This document shows, in pieces, positions 10,800 to 21,199 of a stretch of DNA of 64,000 nt (within the stretch, counting starts at the first letter, position 1; every line of letters starts with the position of its first letter). The position numbers were made by a program, and so were the translations under genes. The stretch is from Candidatus Latescibacterota bacterium (GTDB lineage: Bacteria > Latescibacterota > UBA2968 > GCA-2709665). The notes under the pieces were generated by a model. It ran no database searches and had not been told where the DNA came from. It was given only the letters and a program-made list of their open reading frames with translations. The stretch is taken from positions 160,001 through 224,000 of the forward strand of contig CAXXXF010000003.1 in NCBI GenBank assembly GCA_963667175.2. The letters are read 5' to 3'.

Positions 10800-11201
10800 A
10801 TGACACAGAACGATCCATTTCGTATTGTGCTATCGGACGCGGGTCGTGACCCGGGTGCGCCACACCAGTTGGAATTCTTCGCACTACTGAATCTTGGTCT
10901 GGTGCAGTCATTGGCCAGCGGAATTCTCGGTGCAACAGAAGCCATTCAGCGCTTTTACCACTCGGACAACTGTCTCTACGTCCGAAGGCAACTTCGAAAC
11001 CGCGAGGCCAACGCGGTTATGAGCCGTGGAGTGCAATTGCCCGATCTTTTTGAAAGTTTGCCTGCAGAGGAGGCGCAGCGCGAATTCCTTCACGAACTCG
11101 AGATGATGCGGTCTCTGTGTCTGAAGCTCCTCGAGAACGTACGATCGCCCTCCGCTACGGGTCGTGCGACTGCATCGGGATCGCACAGAACACCGGCCTG
11201 A
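10800..11201 (+). CDS. Hypothetical protein, DUF3969-like
   Basis: LLNLGLVQSL...G.QLPDL pattern resembles DUF3969 as I recall it. Confidence 0.5.
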   Translation: MTQNDPFRIVLSDAGRDPGAPHQLEFFALLNLGLVQSLASGILGATEAIQRFYHSDNCLYVRRQLRNREANAVMSRGVQLPDLFESLPAEEAQREFLHELEMMRSLCLKLLENVRSPSATGRATASGSHRTPA

Positions 11202-11274
11202 CTCTTGACGTGATATAAAGAGATTTTCTATTTTCGATCTCCCTCAGACGACCTGTGCCGGGGGATTCTTTGAG

Positions 11275-14200
11275 GTGAAGGCAATGTCCGAAACCGGAGG
11301 ACGCAGCGCGCGAAGGCGTAAGCAGGAATCGTACGATATCGAGATTGTGAACAAGGAGATCCCCAGGTTGAAGGACCTCTGCCTGGAGACGGACCTGTCG
11401 AAGGACGTGCTGGTCGTCCCGCCGGAGGGTGAAGGCGGACAGCAACCCGCCCGGCGAATCGCGCAGGCGCTGGGAAGCGCGGCGGAAGTGCGGCCCGCGT
11501 CGGAGGTTGGCGAGTGCGATTGGGATTCCGCGCATATCGTTGCCGCGGGCAACGTGTTCAGCAACCGGGCCGTCCGGCGTCTGGGGATGAACTTCCACGC
11601 GTGGACCGACGAGTACTATCCGGGCGGGGACGGGTACGAAGTGAGAACGGTCCACAATCCCTTCGGGGCCGGCCGCAACGCGGTGCTCCTTGGCGGAAGC
11701 ACGTCCGAAGGGGTCGAACGGGCGGTGAACGAATTTCTCGGTATTGTGGAAAGGGAGGGACCGCGCATCGGACGGATCAACCGGTCGGTATCGCGGCAGA
11801 ACCCCGAGTCCTTCCCCACGGACGCCGAAGCGCGCCGGATTATCGATACCGTGAACGAACAGGTGGCGCTTTCGGGAAGCCAGGGTCCGCTTCGCCGCAT
11901 GGTGGACCACGCCATGCTGTACTATCTGTCCGGCGACGACGCCTGGGGCAGGATCTTCAGGGAGGAGTTCCTGTTCTTCATCGATCTCGCGCACGAGGTG
12001 GGAGACTGGTGCCTGTCGCAGGGGACGCACCTCTACTTCTGGATCTACCGGATGCTGACCGCCTGGGACGTGATGGAGGAAGGGGAGGTGTTGAGCGACG
12101 CGGACCGTCTGAAGATGACGAACGCCATCTACAATATCATCCGGTGGACGTCCGAACTGACCCACTTCCGGTTCAGGTCCGTGGACGACGTGGTCCAGAA
12201 CCAGAACCACCAGAGCTTCGCCGCGCTGAGTCTGTTTAGCGGAGCGAGGTACTTCAAGAAATATTACGGATTGACGGATTTCGACGAAAAGCTGCCCCTG
12301 GCGCACCGGACGCTGGAACTGCATGCCAGGTCGTACAAGCCGAACGACAACGCCGGTACCGGGTACGTGTGGATCACGCCCGGTCACCTGATCAAGTACG
12401 GGTTGATGACGGACGATCTATCGTACCTGGAAGACGGCCATCTCGCCCGCCTGCTGGACAGCGCTGTGCTCACCATCGACAGCCGGGGCGACGACTGCTC
12501 GTACGGCGACGTCGGCGCGTACCGGGCATCCCGCGCCAGCCGCCCGAGCGGCCTGCAGACCGCGGCCATCGGCACATGGTTCTATAACGACGGGCGGTAC
12601 CGGTGGCTTTACGACTGGATGGAGCAGGGGCAGGAGTGGAAGGATTCCTTCCGGAGGGACCGGAACTGGGGCATCGGCGGCTGGGAGGTGTACGACGGGT
12701 TCTTCTTCAAGGACGTTCCGCCCGTGGAGCCGGTGGAACTGCTCGGGGTACGCGCCTCCATGCTCGATGCGGCCGCGCACGATTTTGCAAAGGATCGCGC
12801 CAGAAATACGGATCAGTACCACGGCGATCCACTGCTGGAATCGGACGTGCCCCTCGCCGAGGCATTCGACAAGCTCGCGTTCCGGCGCAGTTTCGACAGG
12901 CGCAGCGAATACCTGCTGATCGACGGCCCGACGGGGTTCTCCCATTCCCAGGAAGACGGCAACTCGATCATCCGTCTGTGCTGGAACGACCGGATCTGGC
13001 TTGCGGACCTGGACTACATCCGACGCCTCGCGAGATATCACAATACGGTGGTAATCGGGAAGGACGGCACGTGTTTTACCAAGCCGTCGCAGGTGGCGCT
13101 CAGGGCGATCGGAGATTTTTCGGACTGGGGGTACAGCCGGACGGTTTCGCCGGGAGACAACGGCACGGACTGGGCCCGCAACATTTTCTGGCGGAAGGGG
13201 TCGTATTTCCTGGTGATCGATACGGTGAACGCGCTCGAGCACGGGGACTTTCTCCTGGACGCCATCTGGCGGGTACTCGGGAACGTCGACGTCGAGGAAA
13301 ACGGTTTGAATCTGGAACAGGATGGGGAGCGCTTCCACCTTGTGAATGCCGACGCGTCCGAGAAGTCGCTGACGGACCGTGAGGCGGACTTCGCGCCGGA
13401 CTGGGAGGCCAACTGGAAGAACTACGAGCACGCCGACGGGACGGTCCGGATGTGGCGCCAGAAGCAGCGGCTCACGTTGAATGCGGGCGAGCAGGCCGCC
13501 TTCGTCAACCTGTTGTATCCTTCCAATGCGGAGATGGACCAGGCGTTTGATCTGGAGCGTGTGGGCCCGTCCGTCGCGCGGGTCCGGGACAGACGTTCCG
13601 GCGAGTCGCAGATCGCAGGGGTCGGGGCGTACGAGTCCGGGGAATTGAGAGTGGATGCGGAACTGTTCCGGATCGACGGCAGCGGATTCGCGCTGGTGGA
13701 GGGGACTTCCCTCGCGTGGGACGGCCCGCTGTTCAGGAGTTGGGCGCCGGTGTCGGTAGCGTTGGATCTCGCGCGGGGAGAGGGGATTGTTGAATCCCGT
13801 ACGGAGACCCGGGTGGGCATCCGCGCCGAGGCGGTCGACGTAGACGGCGAACGGACGTCCGGCGGAGGCGAGGGAAAGCTGCTCTGGTTCACGCTATCGG
13901 CCGGTCGTCATCGCCTTCAGGTCTCCCCGTCAGGCGAGGCGGTCTTCGACCAGGCGTTGCAAGACGCGGATCCCTATCACGAGCCCGCCGTGAGCAGAGA
14001 CGCCGCGCCCGGGCCCGGCGCCGGGCTGGCGCCGCTGTGGACCGTTCAGGCCGGCGCGGCGGTGACGGCGGCGGCCTCCGATGCATCGGGCGGCACGCTG
14101 TTCGGCACAGCCACCGGAGACGTTCGCCTGTTTGGCGCGGACGGCGCCGAAAATTGGTCGTTCCAGGCGAAGGGCGGGGTGCGCGCCGTTCACCTTGAGG

Positions 14201-15147
14201 ATATCGATGGAGACGGCGAGTCGGAGGCCATTATCGGTACGCGGGACTGCTGGATGCACGTGCTGAATGGCGGAGGCGACGTTCGCTGGGAGCACGAGTT
14301 CCCGCCCGGAAGCGGGATGCGGCCGCAACGGCTGACGACCCTGTCCACGGCCGACCTGGACGGGGATGGCCGACGGCAGGTACTGGCCGGCGCGGAGGGG
14401 TGGCTGTTCCACGCGTTCGAGGCGGATGGAACGCTGAGATGGCAGACGGAGACCCACTACCACTGCATAACCGGATGCCTGTCCGTGGACCTGGAAGGCG
14501 ACGGGCGGGACGAGATGCTGGTTGGCACGGAATACTACACCATCAATTGCCTGAACCCGGACGGGACGGCGCGGTGGCGGCGGAGCACCGGCTGCGTCTC
14601 ACCGACGATTCTCGCGGCCGACCTGGACGGCGACGGGTCAATCGAGGTGGTGTACGGGGACTGGCGGGCCGTAAACGCGGCGTCGAGCGGGGAGCTGTTC
14701 GGCCAGACCGGATTGGGCGGCACCGGCAAGGTCACGGGGCCGGGGACCTACAGCAGCAAGCCCGGCAGGATGGGCGCGCTCACCTGGCGCGTGAATATGG
14801 GGGGCGAGGTGGAGGATATCGCCCTGGCGGACGTGAACGGAGACGGGAAACCGGAGGTGATCGCCGGCAGCGACGTGGGGCAACTGGCCTGCATCACGGG
14901 CGACGGCAACGTCGTTTGGCGGCACGACCTGGTGGACAAGATCACGTGGCTGACAACCGTCGATCGCGGCGTCGAGGTGAAGATCCTGGTGGGTTTCGAT
15001 ACGGGAGAAATCCGGACGTTCGACGAGAAAGGCGATCTTGCCGCCGTGGATCGGGTGGATGGAGAAGTCACGCATCTTCGAGCCGTCGGCGACACGGTCG
15101 TTTGCGCAACGTCCGCGGGTACCGTGACGGCGTTCCGTCCGCATTGA
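11275..15147 (+). CDS. Heparinase II/III-like lyase fused to a C-terminal FG-GAP beta-propeller
   Basis: NQNHQ, HSQEDGNSII and YHNTVVI lyase motifs. Five DxDGDG/DxNGDG repeats at the C-terminus. Confidence 0.8.
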   Translation: MKAMSETGGRSARRRKQESYDIEIVNKEIPRLKDLCLETDLSKDVLVVPPEGEGGQQPARRIAQALGSAAEVRPASEVGECDWDSAHIVAAGNVFSNRAVRRLGMNFHAWTDEYYPGGDGYEVRTVHNPFGAGRNAVLLGGSTSEGVERAVNEFLGIVEREGPRIGRINRSVSRQNPESFPTDAEARRIIDTVNEQVALSGSQGPLRRMVDHAMLYYLSGDDAWGRIFREEFLFFIDLAHEVGDWCLSQGTHLYFWIYRMLTAWDVMEEGEVLSDADRLKMTNAIYNIIRWTSELTHFRFRSVDDVVQNQNHQSFAALSLFSGARYFKKYYGLTDFDEKLPLAHRTLELHARSYKPNDNAGTGYVWITPGHLIKYGLMTDDLSYLEDGHLARLLDSAVLTIDSRGDDCSYGDVGAYRASRASRPSGLQTAAIGTWFYNDGRYRWLYDWMEQGQEWKDSFRRDRNWGIGGWEVYDGFFFKDVPPVEPVELLGVRASMLDAAAHDFAKDRARNTDQYHGDPLLESDVPLAEAFDKLAFRRSFDRRSEYLLIDGPTGFSHSQEDGNSIIRLCWNDRIWLADLDYIRRLARYHNTVVIGKDGTCFTKPSQVALRAIGDFSDWGYSRTVSPGDNGTDWARNIFWRKGSYFLVIDTVNALEHGDFLLDAIWRVLGNVDVEENGLNLEQDGERFHLVNADASEKSLTDREADFAPDWEANWKNYEHADGTVRMWRQKQRLTLNAGEQAAFVNLLYPSNAEMDQAFDLERVGPSVARVRDRRSGESQIAGVGAYESGELRVDAELFRIDGSGFALVEGTSLAWDGPLFRSWAPVSVALDLARGEGIVESRTETRVGIRAEAVDVDGERTSGGGEGKLLWFTLSAGRHRLQVSPSGEAVFDQALQDADPYHEPAVSRDAAPGPGAGLAPLWTVQAGAAVTAAASDASGGTLFGTATGDVRLFGADGAENWSFQAKGGVRAVHLEDIDGDGESEAIIGTRDCWMHVLNGGGDVRWEHEFPPGSGMRPQRLTTLSTADLDGDGRRQVLAGAEGWLFHAFEADGTLRWQTETHYHCITGCLSVDLEGDGRDEMLVGTEYYTINCLNPDGTARWRRSTGCVSPTILAADLDGDGSIEVVYGDWRAVNAASSGELFGQTGLGGTGKVTGPGTYSSKPGRMGALTWRVNMGGEVEDIALADVNGDGKPEVIAGSDVGQLACITGDGNVVWRHDLVDKITWLTTVDRGVEVKILVGFDTGEIRTFDEKGDLAAVDRVDGEVTHLRAVGDTVVCATSAGTVTAFRPH

Positions 15148-15179
15148 CAGGTCATCAACCGACGCGTGAACAGAACCAT

Positions 15180-16043
15180 ATGGCAGGGCTGAGCGAAAAC
15201 CAGCGATCCACGTATCTCAACGACGGCTACCTCCTGCTGGAAGACGTGCTGGCGCCCGAGGACCTGCAGCCGCTGATCGACGACATCGACGCGGGGATCG
15301 ACCGAAAGGCGCGGGAGGCCGTTGCGCGCGGGCATCTGCGCGATCCGTTCGAGGATGCGCCCTTCGACCGGCGATTGGCCTGTATCCGCGACGCGATGGA
15401 CGATCCGTCGGAGATCGAGCGAGAGGTAACGGGGAAACGACTGAAGACGGCGGGGATGTTTTCGATGATCACGCACCCGGCGATTCTGGACGTCGTGGAA
15501 TCGGTCATCGGACCCGAGATCCTGGCCCATCCGCAGTTCAACTGCCAGGCGAAAATGCCCAACGAGATCCGGTCACAGATCCCCTGGCACCAGGACCTGG
15601 GGTTCCTGCATCCCGCGGCGGAAGCCACGTTCATGGTCAACTTCTGGATTCCGCTGGTGGACGTTTCCGTTGATAACGGATGCCTGGAGGTGATTCCGGG
15701 AAGCCATCGCGCGGGTCTGATGCCGCACGGCAAGGTCAGCGGGTATCCGAACGAAGGGATCCAGGATGGGTACGTACCAGAAGGGCGGGCCGTCGCCTGT
15801 CCGGTGGGAAAGGGAGGCGTGGTGGTGTTCCAGCACAAAACCGCGCACCGCTCGTTCCCCAACCGGACGGACCGCATCCGGTGGAGCGTGGACGTCCGTT
15901 ATTCCGACCCTTCAAAGCCAACGGGGCGTGACGAAGTGCCGGGATTTGTCGCGCGCAGCCAGGCCCATCCCGGGCGGGTGGCAAGGACGCACGTTGACTG
16001 GCAGAAGCGATTGCGGGGCGTGGAAGCGTCACTGTACGAGTAG
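15180..16043 (+). CDS. PhyH family Fe(II)/2OG dioxygenase
   Basis: YLNDGYLL, PWHQD, NGCLEVIPGSH, AHRS.PN.T.RIR. The true start is ATG 15180. Confidence 0.9.
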   Translation: MAGLSENQRSTYLNDGYLLLEDVLAPEDLQPLIDDIDAGIDRKAREAVARGHLRDPFEDAPFDRRLACIRDAMDDPSEIEREVTGKRLKTAGMFSMITHPAILDVVESVIGPEILAHPQFNCQAKMPNEIRSQIPWHQDLGFLHPAAEATFMVNFWIPLVDVSVDNGCLEVIPGSHRAGLMPHGKVSGYPNEGIQDGYVPEGRAVACPVGKGGVVVFQHKTAHRSFPNRTDRIRWSVDVRYSDPSKPTGRDEVPGFVARSQAHPGRVARTHVDWQKRLRGVEASLYE

Positions 16044-16077
16044 CTCCCCGGCGCCGCCCGCAGGGATGCATTCGCCG

Positions 16078-16911
16078 CTACGCGGGAACTGGAAAATCGG
16101 GCTTTCCATAAAACATACTGTGAAACGCCTGCCAGAAGGACTCGCCTCTGCACCGGATCGTAAAGTCGTCCACGCGCTCAACCCCTTCCCGCACGGAAAG
16201 TTTGTTGGGTTCGAGACGGATCATCTCTATCGCCGCGGGGCTTTCTGCAACAAGCGGTTCGATGTTATTCGCGATCGCCACGGCTTCCTGAACGCGCGTC
16301 CTGATCAGCGCGCGGGCATCTGCCGGCGCCATGTGAAGGGCGCATAATTCTCCCAGGCCTTCCTTCACGGGCGCCGTTACGATGCCTCTGACCCAGCGCT
16401 CGGATTCGGTGCACGCGTGCAGGTCGCCCGATGTAAAGACCCAGGGAATGCCCAGTTGACCGCACAGATACGCGGCCATTTCCATCTCGCCGACTTCGGC
16501 GCCATTGACGCGGTAGATGACATCGCGGCTCATCGAGTGTGCGAGGCATCCGTCGGGCGTGCCGGTCATTGCGTGCATGCCAACCTGGATCAATGCGTCG
16601 AATCCCGGCGATAGGCCAGGCAACCAGCACGGCCGCTTGACACCCTGCACCAGTTTCACGCCCGAGACCAATTCTTCCGACAGAATCGTGCGCCCCGCCC
16701 CGTGCGCGTCATTGATGATCACTTCTTCGACGCCTGCCGCAAATAAGCCCTGGGCCGCGGCGTTGACTTCGCCCGTCAACAGGCGCTGCATCTCGGCGCG
16801 GTCATACACGCCTTTTGCCGTTGTCGCGTCCTCCCGGTGTCTCGGGTCCCAGTCATCGACGCCGGCCACGCCTTCCAGATCGGTCATCATATAAACGGAT
16901 TTCACGACCAT
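16078..16911 (-). CDS. M55 family D-aminopeptidase (DppA-like)
   Basis: TDLEGVAG, NDAHG, GMHAM, LAHS, SGD motifs. Confidence 0.9.
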   Translation of the reverse strand: MVVKSVYMMTDLEGVAGVDDWDPRHREDATTAKGVYDRAEMQRLLTGEVNAAAQGLFAAGVEEVIINDAHGAGRTILSEELVSGVKLVQGVKRPCWLPGLSPGFDALIQVGMHAMTGTPDGCLAHSMSRDVIYRVNGAEVGEMEMAAYLCGQLGIPWVFTSGDLHACTESERWVRGIVTAPVKEGLGELCALHMAPADARALIRTRVQEAVAIANNIEPLVAESPAAIEMIRLEPNKLSVREGVERVDDFTIRCRGESFWQAFHSMFYGKPDFPVPA

Positions 16912-16969
16912 GGGATTCTCCTGTTTTTGGGTATTACCGCAAACTCTCGCATTGCCAGTGTTTCCGCGG

Positions 16970-18794
16970 TCAGCCCTCCGCGTGCGCCAGTGCGCTGTTG
17001 ACCCTCTCCGTCCACGGATCCGCGACGCGGGCTTCGTATCTCCCGTCGTTGAAGTAGGCGGACTTGGGCATATTGCGGTCTTCCAGGATCGCCCGGCGAT
17101 GTGACTTCCTGAGGCGCGGCCTGAGTCTGCGAAGGCCCGCGGCCTTCTCCCGGGTCTCCGGCCCGACGGGCAGCGCGCACACTTCGTCGGCCATGTGCCA
17201 GCCGCGAATGAGGGTTGCGGGAAAGGGAAACCAGCGGCGGATGGAGGCGATTCTCAGCCGGACGAGCGGGTCCCGCGTGGCGTTATAGGCGCGGCCGAGC
17301 GTGGTTTCCAGCGTATCCACGTCGTCGGTGGTGAAACAGTCGACCTGGTCGTACAGTCCCCGAAGGCCCTGGAACCACCGCCCCTTCCGGGGACGGCGCC
17401 AGATGGCCTCGAGGGTATCGTAGAAGGCGCGGACTTCGCCGGCGGCGCCCCGGTACAGGCGGGTGAAGAATTCATCGAGCAGCTTCTCCACGTCCAGGTC
17501 CGCGTTCCACCAGAGCTTGGACGCCAGCCAGATCTGCGGTCCGAAGGCGGGCCAGTGAGGATAGGCTTCGGCGTAGAAGCCTTTGACGCCGGCCTGGTGT
17601 TGGAACTTGATGTCGTCGGCCCATCAGGCCCGGGAAATAACGCGGCAGCACCCAGCCCAGGCCGTAATAGTCGTACTTGCAGACGTGGTCGCACTGCTTG
17701 AGCCATGAGAGGATGAACTCCCGGTCTTTGTCCCGGTACTCCGTATCCAGGTGCTGCGCCGTGTCCTGCGTGAGGTAGATGGCCGCGTTAGGCTCCAGGC
17801 GATCGATGCGTTTCGGGGTCTCCTCCACGTTGTGGTAGGCCAGGCATCCCACGAATTTTCCGGGGTGGGATTCCTGCAGGGCGCGGGCGACCGTGTTGAA
17901 ATAGGTGAACCACCGGTCGGAGTAGATCGGACGCCCCCGGAACTCCAGACCGGGTATATCGAGCGCGCGGCAGTTGTCGCACAGGCAGAAGTTCCCGTTG
18001 TCGTTCATCCCGAGCGAGAAACAGTGCGCCCCGGGGTGCTCGTCGAAATAGTCCCGCGTGGCCCTGATGGTAATATCCACGACCTCGGGGTTGCTGGTGC
18101 AGGGCTGTCCGAACAGGCCGTTGCTTACGTTGTCGCTCTCCGGTACGAGCCGCTCCCCGTCGATGAGCGCGTAGTACTCCGGGTGGGTTTTTCCGTAGCG
18201 GGCGACCGGAAAGATCTTGTACAGGGCGTGGTGGAAGCCGGCATAGGGCAGCTCGTGCCGCCGGCTGGAGACGCGGTTGCGGCGTTCCCAGCGATGTCCC
18301 TCCGATCCCGCGATTCCGCTGAACACGCGGAAGAGGAAGTGGGGGGTTCCCGTTTCGTTTACCGGCGCGATCTTGAGCGTGGTTTGCACCGGGACGTCTT
18401 CGAAGAGTTCGCCGGGCATGAACCAGCGGACGCCCAGGTGGTCTTCCAGAAAGCCGTAGACGCCGTATACAGTTCCGGCTTCGCTGCCGCCCAGGATGAA
18501 GAGGTCCCTGCCGGCGGTATGGATGCGGTACCCCTCCACGCCGGCGTCTCCGGCATCCAGGTTCAACTTTCGGGCGTACGCGGTGGCCCCCACGTGGATG
18601 GCTGTTCTCCCGCGGGGGCGCGGGCTTTCCGCTGTCGGTACCCATCGGGGGCGCCATCCCGATCATTTTTTCAAGGATGGCCTGCAGGTCCCCGGCGGTT
18701 GTCGCGAAGGCGTGTCTCCGGCGCCATCGGGCACGACGATGGTGCTCCGTGGCTGACCATTTTCTGCGAGGGTGAGGGTTCTGTATCGGCGCAT
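16970..18794 (-). pseudogene. DUF4838-domain protein split by at least three frameshifts
   Basis: EGYRI..., YGVYGFLEDHLGVRWF, HPEYYAL, QPCTSNP and FSLGMND..FC.C..C are spread across frames 18794-, 18666-, 18593- and 17491-. Confidence 0.75.
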
Positions 18795-18795
18795 G

Positions 18796-20046
18796 TCAGT
18801 TTTCCCCCTGCTGAGGTTGAGGATGGGGCGGTTTGCCTGTCTGAAGGAACCGTTGGGTCAGGCGACGGCTGATTTCCGGATAGACGGCGATGAAGTGGTC
18901 CCGCATGGTTGGAAACTGAAAGGCATCGGCGGTCTCGAATTCCGTTTCGAGGTCCTGTTTCCGGGGCATGTGGCAGTCGATGCAGTTGGACTGCATCGCG
19001 TCTCCGAGTTCGGCTGACAACCCGCAGACGTGGGTCTGGTGGCATGCGGCGCAGCGCCGGGAGAACAGAGCCAGGTTTCCACGCTCCAGGGCGTGCGGGT
19101 CGTGGCAGGTGACGCAGGTCATCCCCGCGCTTTGCTGGAAACACTTCGATTTCGTCAGCCGGGGTAGCTGGTTGGTGCTGTGGACGCCGATTCTGTTCTG
19201 TTCTTCGTGGGCGTCGAGTTCGAGATAATCGCTCAGGGGCTCTCCGGGACGGAAGGAAAAAGGCCGCTGAAGCGGGTTGCCCACCCCGGAGTGGCATTGC
19301 GCGCAGAGGTCGATCAGTCGCGGCGGGTCCAGCGTGCCGGGATGCAGGACGTGGGGCGTTTCCTTCCCATCGGGATTGGCGCGCTGGTAGGCCGCGTGGT
19401 CCGCGCCGGGTCCGTGGCACCGCTCGCATGAGACGCCAAGAACCAGGCGGTCCCTGTTGTATGCGTTACTGGAATAGGATTCCGATTTGGAATAGGTCGT
19501 ATGACACTCGAGGCATCGGGGGACGACGCCGCGTGAGAAATTCACCTCGCCATCGGGGTAGCCCGGGCTGTTAATCCACCGCTGTTGCTGCGTGAAGTAG
19601 GAAATGGGCAGTTGGTAGAGGCGGTCGCCCTGCCAGAAGAGATAGGTCTGGCCGATTTTTCCGGAGCCGGTGACAACGTCGATGCGTTCGGTCCGCCGGT
19701 AGGCGCCGTCTCCCTTTCCGATAATGGCCGTCTGAAAGAATCCGTCTGCTGTGGCGGTGATTTCGAAGCGGAGATTGGGATTCCGGGTCCGGACGACGGC
19801 GTGGTCGGGAGAAAAGCTGCCGAGAATCGCTTCGGCATCGGGCAGGCGGGAGGTGAGATGGTGGGCGGTGCGCCGGAACGCATCGAACCGGTCGAGGTGA
19901 CACTCCGCGCAGGCCTGCGCGCCGATGTAGCCAGGTGAACGGGTTTCGCCGCCCGCGTCTCCGCTGTCCGCCACGATTCGGGCGGTCAGTAGAGGCTGGA
20001 ATAGAAGAAATACGAGTACGGTTAGCCTGTAGCGGGATCGTGCCAT
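18796..20046 (-). CDS. Multiheme cytochrome c (7 CxxCH motifs)
   Basis: CAECH, CLECH, CERCH, CAQCH, CVTCH, CAACH, CIDCH plus a signal peptide. Confidence 0.9.
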   Translation of the reverse strand: MARSRYRLTVLVFLLFQPLLTARIVADSGDAGGETRSPGYIGAQACAECHLDRFDAFRRTAHHLTSRLPDAEAILGSFSPDHAVVRTRNPNLRFEITATADGFFQTAIIGKGDGAYRRTERIDVVTGSGKIGQTYLFWQGDRLYQLPISYFTQQQRWINSPGYPDGEVNFSRGVVPRCLECHTTYSKSESYSSNAYNRDRLVLGVSCERCHGPGADHAAYQRANPDGKETPHVLHPGTLDPPRLIDLCAQCHSGVGNPLQRPFSFRPGEPLSDYLELDAHEEQNRIGVHSTNQLPRLTKSKCFQQSAGMTCVTCHDPHALERGNLALFSRRCAACHQTHVCGLSAELGDAMQSNCIDCHMPRKQDLETEFETADAFQFPTMRDHFIAVYPEISRRLTQRFLQTGKPPHPQPQQGEN

Positions 20047-20142
20047 AGCGGTATCGTATTTCGCATGACATATGGACCGGCGATAGCGAAATCATGCGCG
20101 CACGTACGCCGGATGTCAAACGAAAACTCGAAAGGCGGCGTC

Positions 20143-21138
20143 ATGTCGAAAACACGGTTTGCGAATCGATGGTCTTGCCGGGTCCCCACCGGCGTTCGCC
20201 TCGCGACGTCTGCAGTCCTCGCCGCGTTGAGTTGGTTTGTTGACCCCTCGGCGGCCAGCGCCCAGGGGCAGGGCGGCTTCTATCTGCGGGGCGATTTTGG
20301 CGACTCGGATGCGCTGACCGTTCGGGGGAGCATCGAGGGCGTCGATCAGCCGACGCGTTGCGACCGGCTGCTGCATCCCGATGCGGCCACAATACCACGC
20401 GATCCGGCATGCACTGAGATTGCAACCGGAGTGGTCGCTAGCGTCGAGTTTGATCGGGGCGCGGAAACCATGACCAGCTCAACCGCTCTCGCGTTGGGGT
20501 ACTCCCGTGGTTGGCTGCGATTGGAAGCCGAGTTGAGCAATACGGTACTGGGCGCAACCTCGGCGCCGCTGTTGGACGCCGGCCGGTGGGCGCCGGAGAG
20601 GGTGCATGAGTGGAGCGCGGTCGAACAACCTCGAGCCAGACTTTCGGGGTTCAACGTCACGGACATGTTCGTGAACGTACTCCTCGACTTCAACAATTCT
20701 TCGCGCTTCACGCCGTTCGTCGGCGTTGGAGGCGGCGTCTCCAATGTCATTCTCGTCTTCGACGGTTTGCGGGTGCGACGAACGCTCGCCAACGGATTCG
20801 CTCCGGCAGGCGGTGTAGAACCTGCCGCGTACGTCGCAATTCCTGCATGGCAGACGCGCGCGGCAGCCACGACCGATGCCGTGTCGCTCCCTTTGGCCGA
20901 ATCGACACAAGGATCGAACCTGATCGGCGGGGTGGCGTATGAGGCGAACGAGCGATTCAGTATTGCGCTTCGAGGGCGCTATGCGCGTTACCGGGATATC
21001 CGAAAACATGGAACGTGGGACCTGGTGCGAAGTCACGCGCCGGTGCTCGCGGACGGGACGACGCCCGCGACGTTCGACCTGGTGCTCAGCGGCATCGTGT
21101 TCTATGCGGTCACCATTTCGTTCGTGTACGACATCTAA
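20143..21138 (+). CDS. Outer-membrane beta-barrel protein (opacity/OmpW-like)
   Basis: Signal peptide, GFYLRG, RLEAE, RFTPFVGVGGG and a terminal amphipathic strand ending YDI. Confidence 0.8.
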   Translation: MSKTRFANRWSCRVPTGVRLATSAVLAALSWFVDPSAASAQGQGGFYLRGDFGDSDALTVRGSIEGVDQPTRCDRLLHPDAATIPRDPACTEIATGVVASVEFDRGAETMTSSTALALGYSRGWLRLEAELSNTVLGATSAPLLDAGRWAPERVHEWSAVEQPRARLSGFNVTDMFVNVLLDFNNSSRFTPFVGVGGGVSNVILVFDGLRVRRTLANGFAPAGGVEPAAYVAIPAWQTRAAATTDAVSLPLAESTQGSNLIGGVAYEANERFSIALRGRYARYRDIRKHGTWDLVRSHAPVLADGTTPATFDLVLSGIVFYAVTISFVYDI

Positions 21139-21199
21139 CGGGCTGCCATTTCCGATAGATGATGTGGTCGGACCTCATGTCATATGAAGGGATTGCGCA

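Noticed and set aside
14400-15179. Long N-terminus on the PhyH ORF
   Set aside because: Out-of-frame shadow of the upstream gene, not a fusion.
18796-21138. Porin-cytochrome electron conduit
   Set aside because: The genes are divergent and the barrel is a small opacity-type protein, not MtrB-like.
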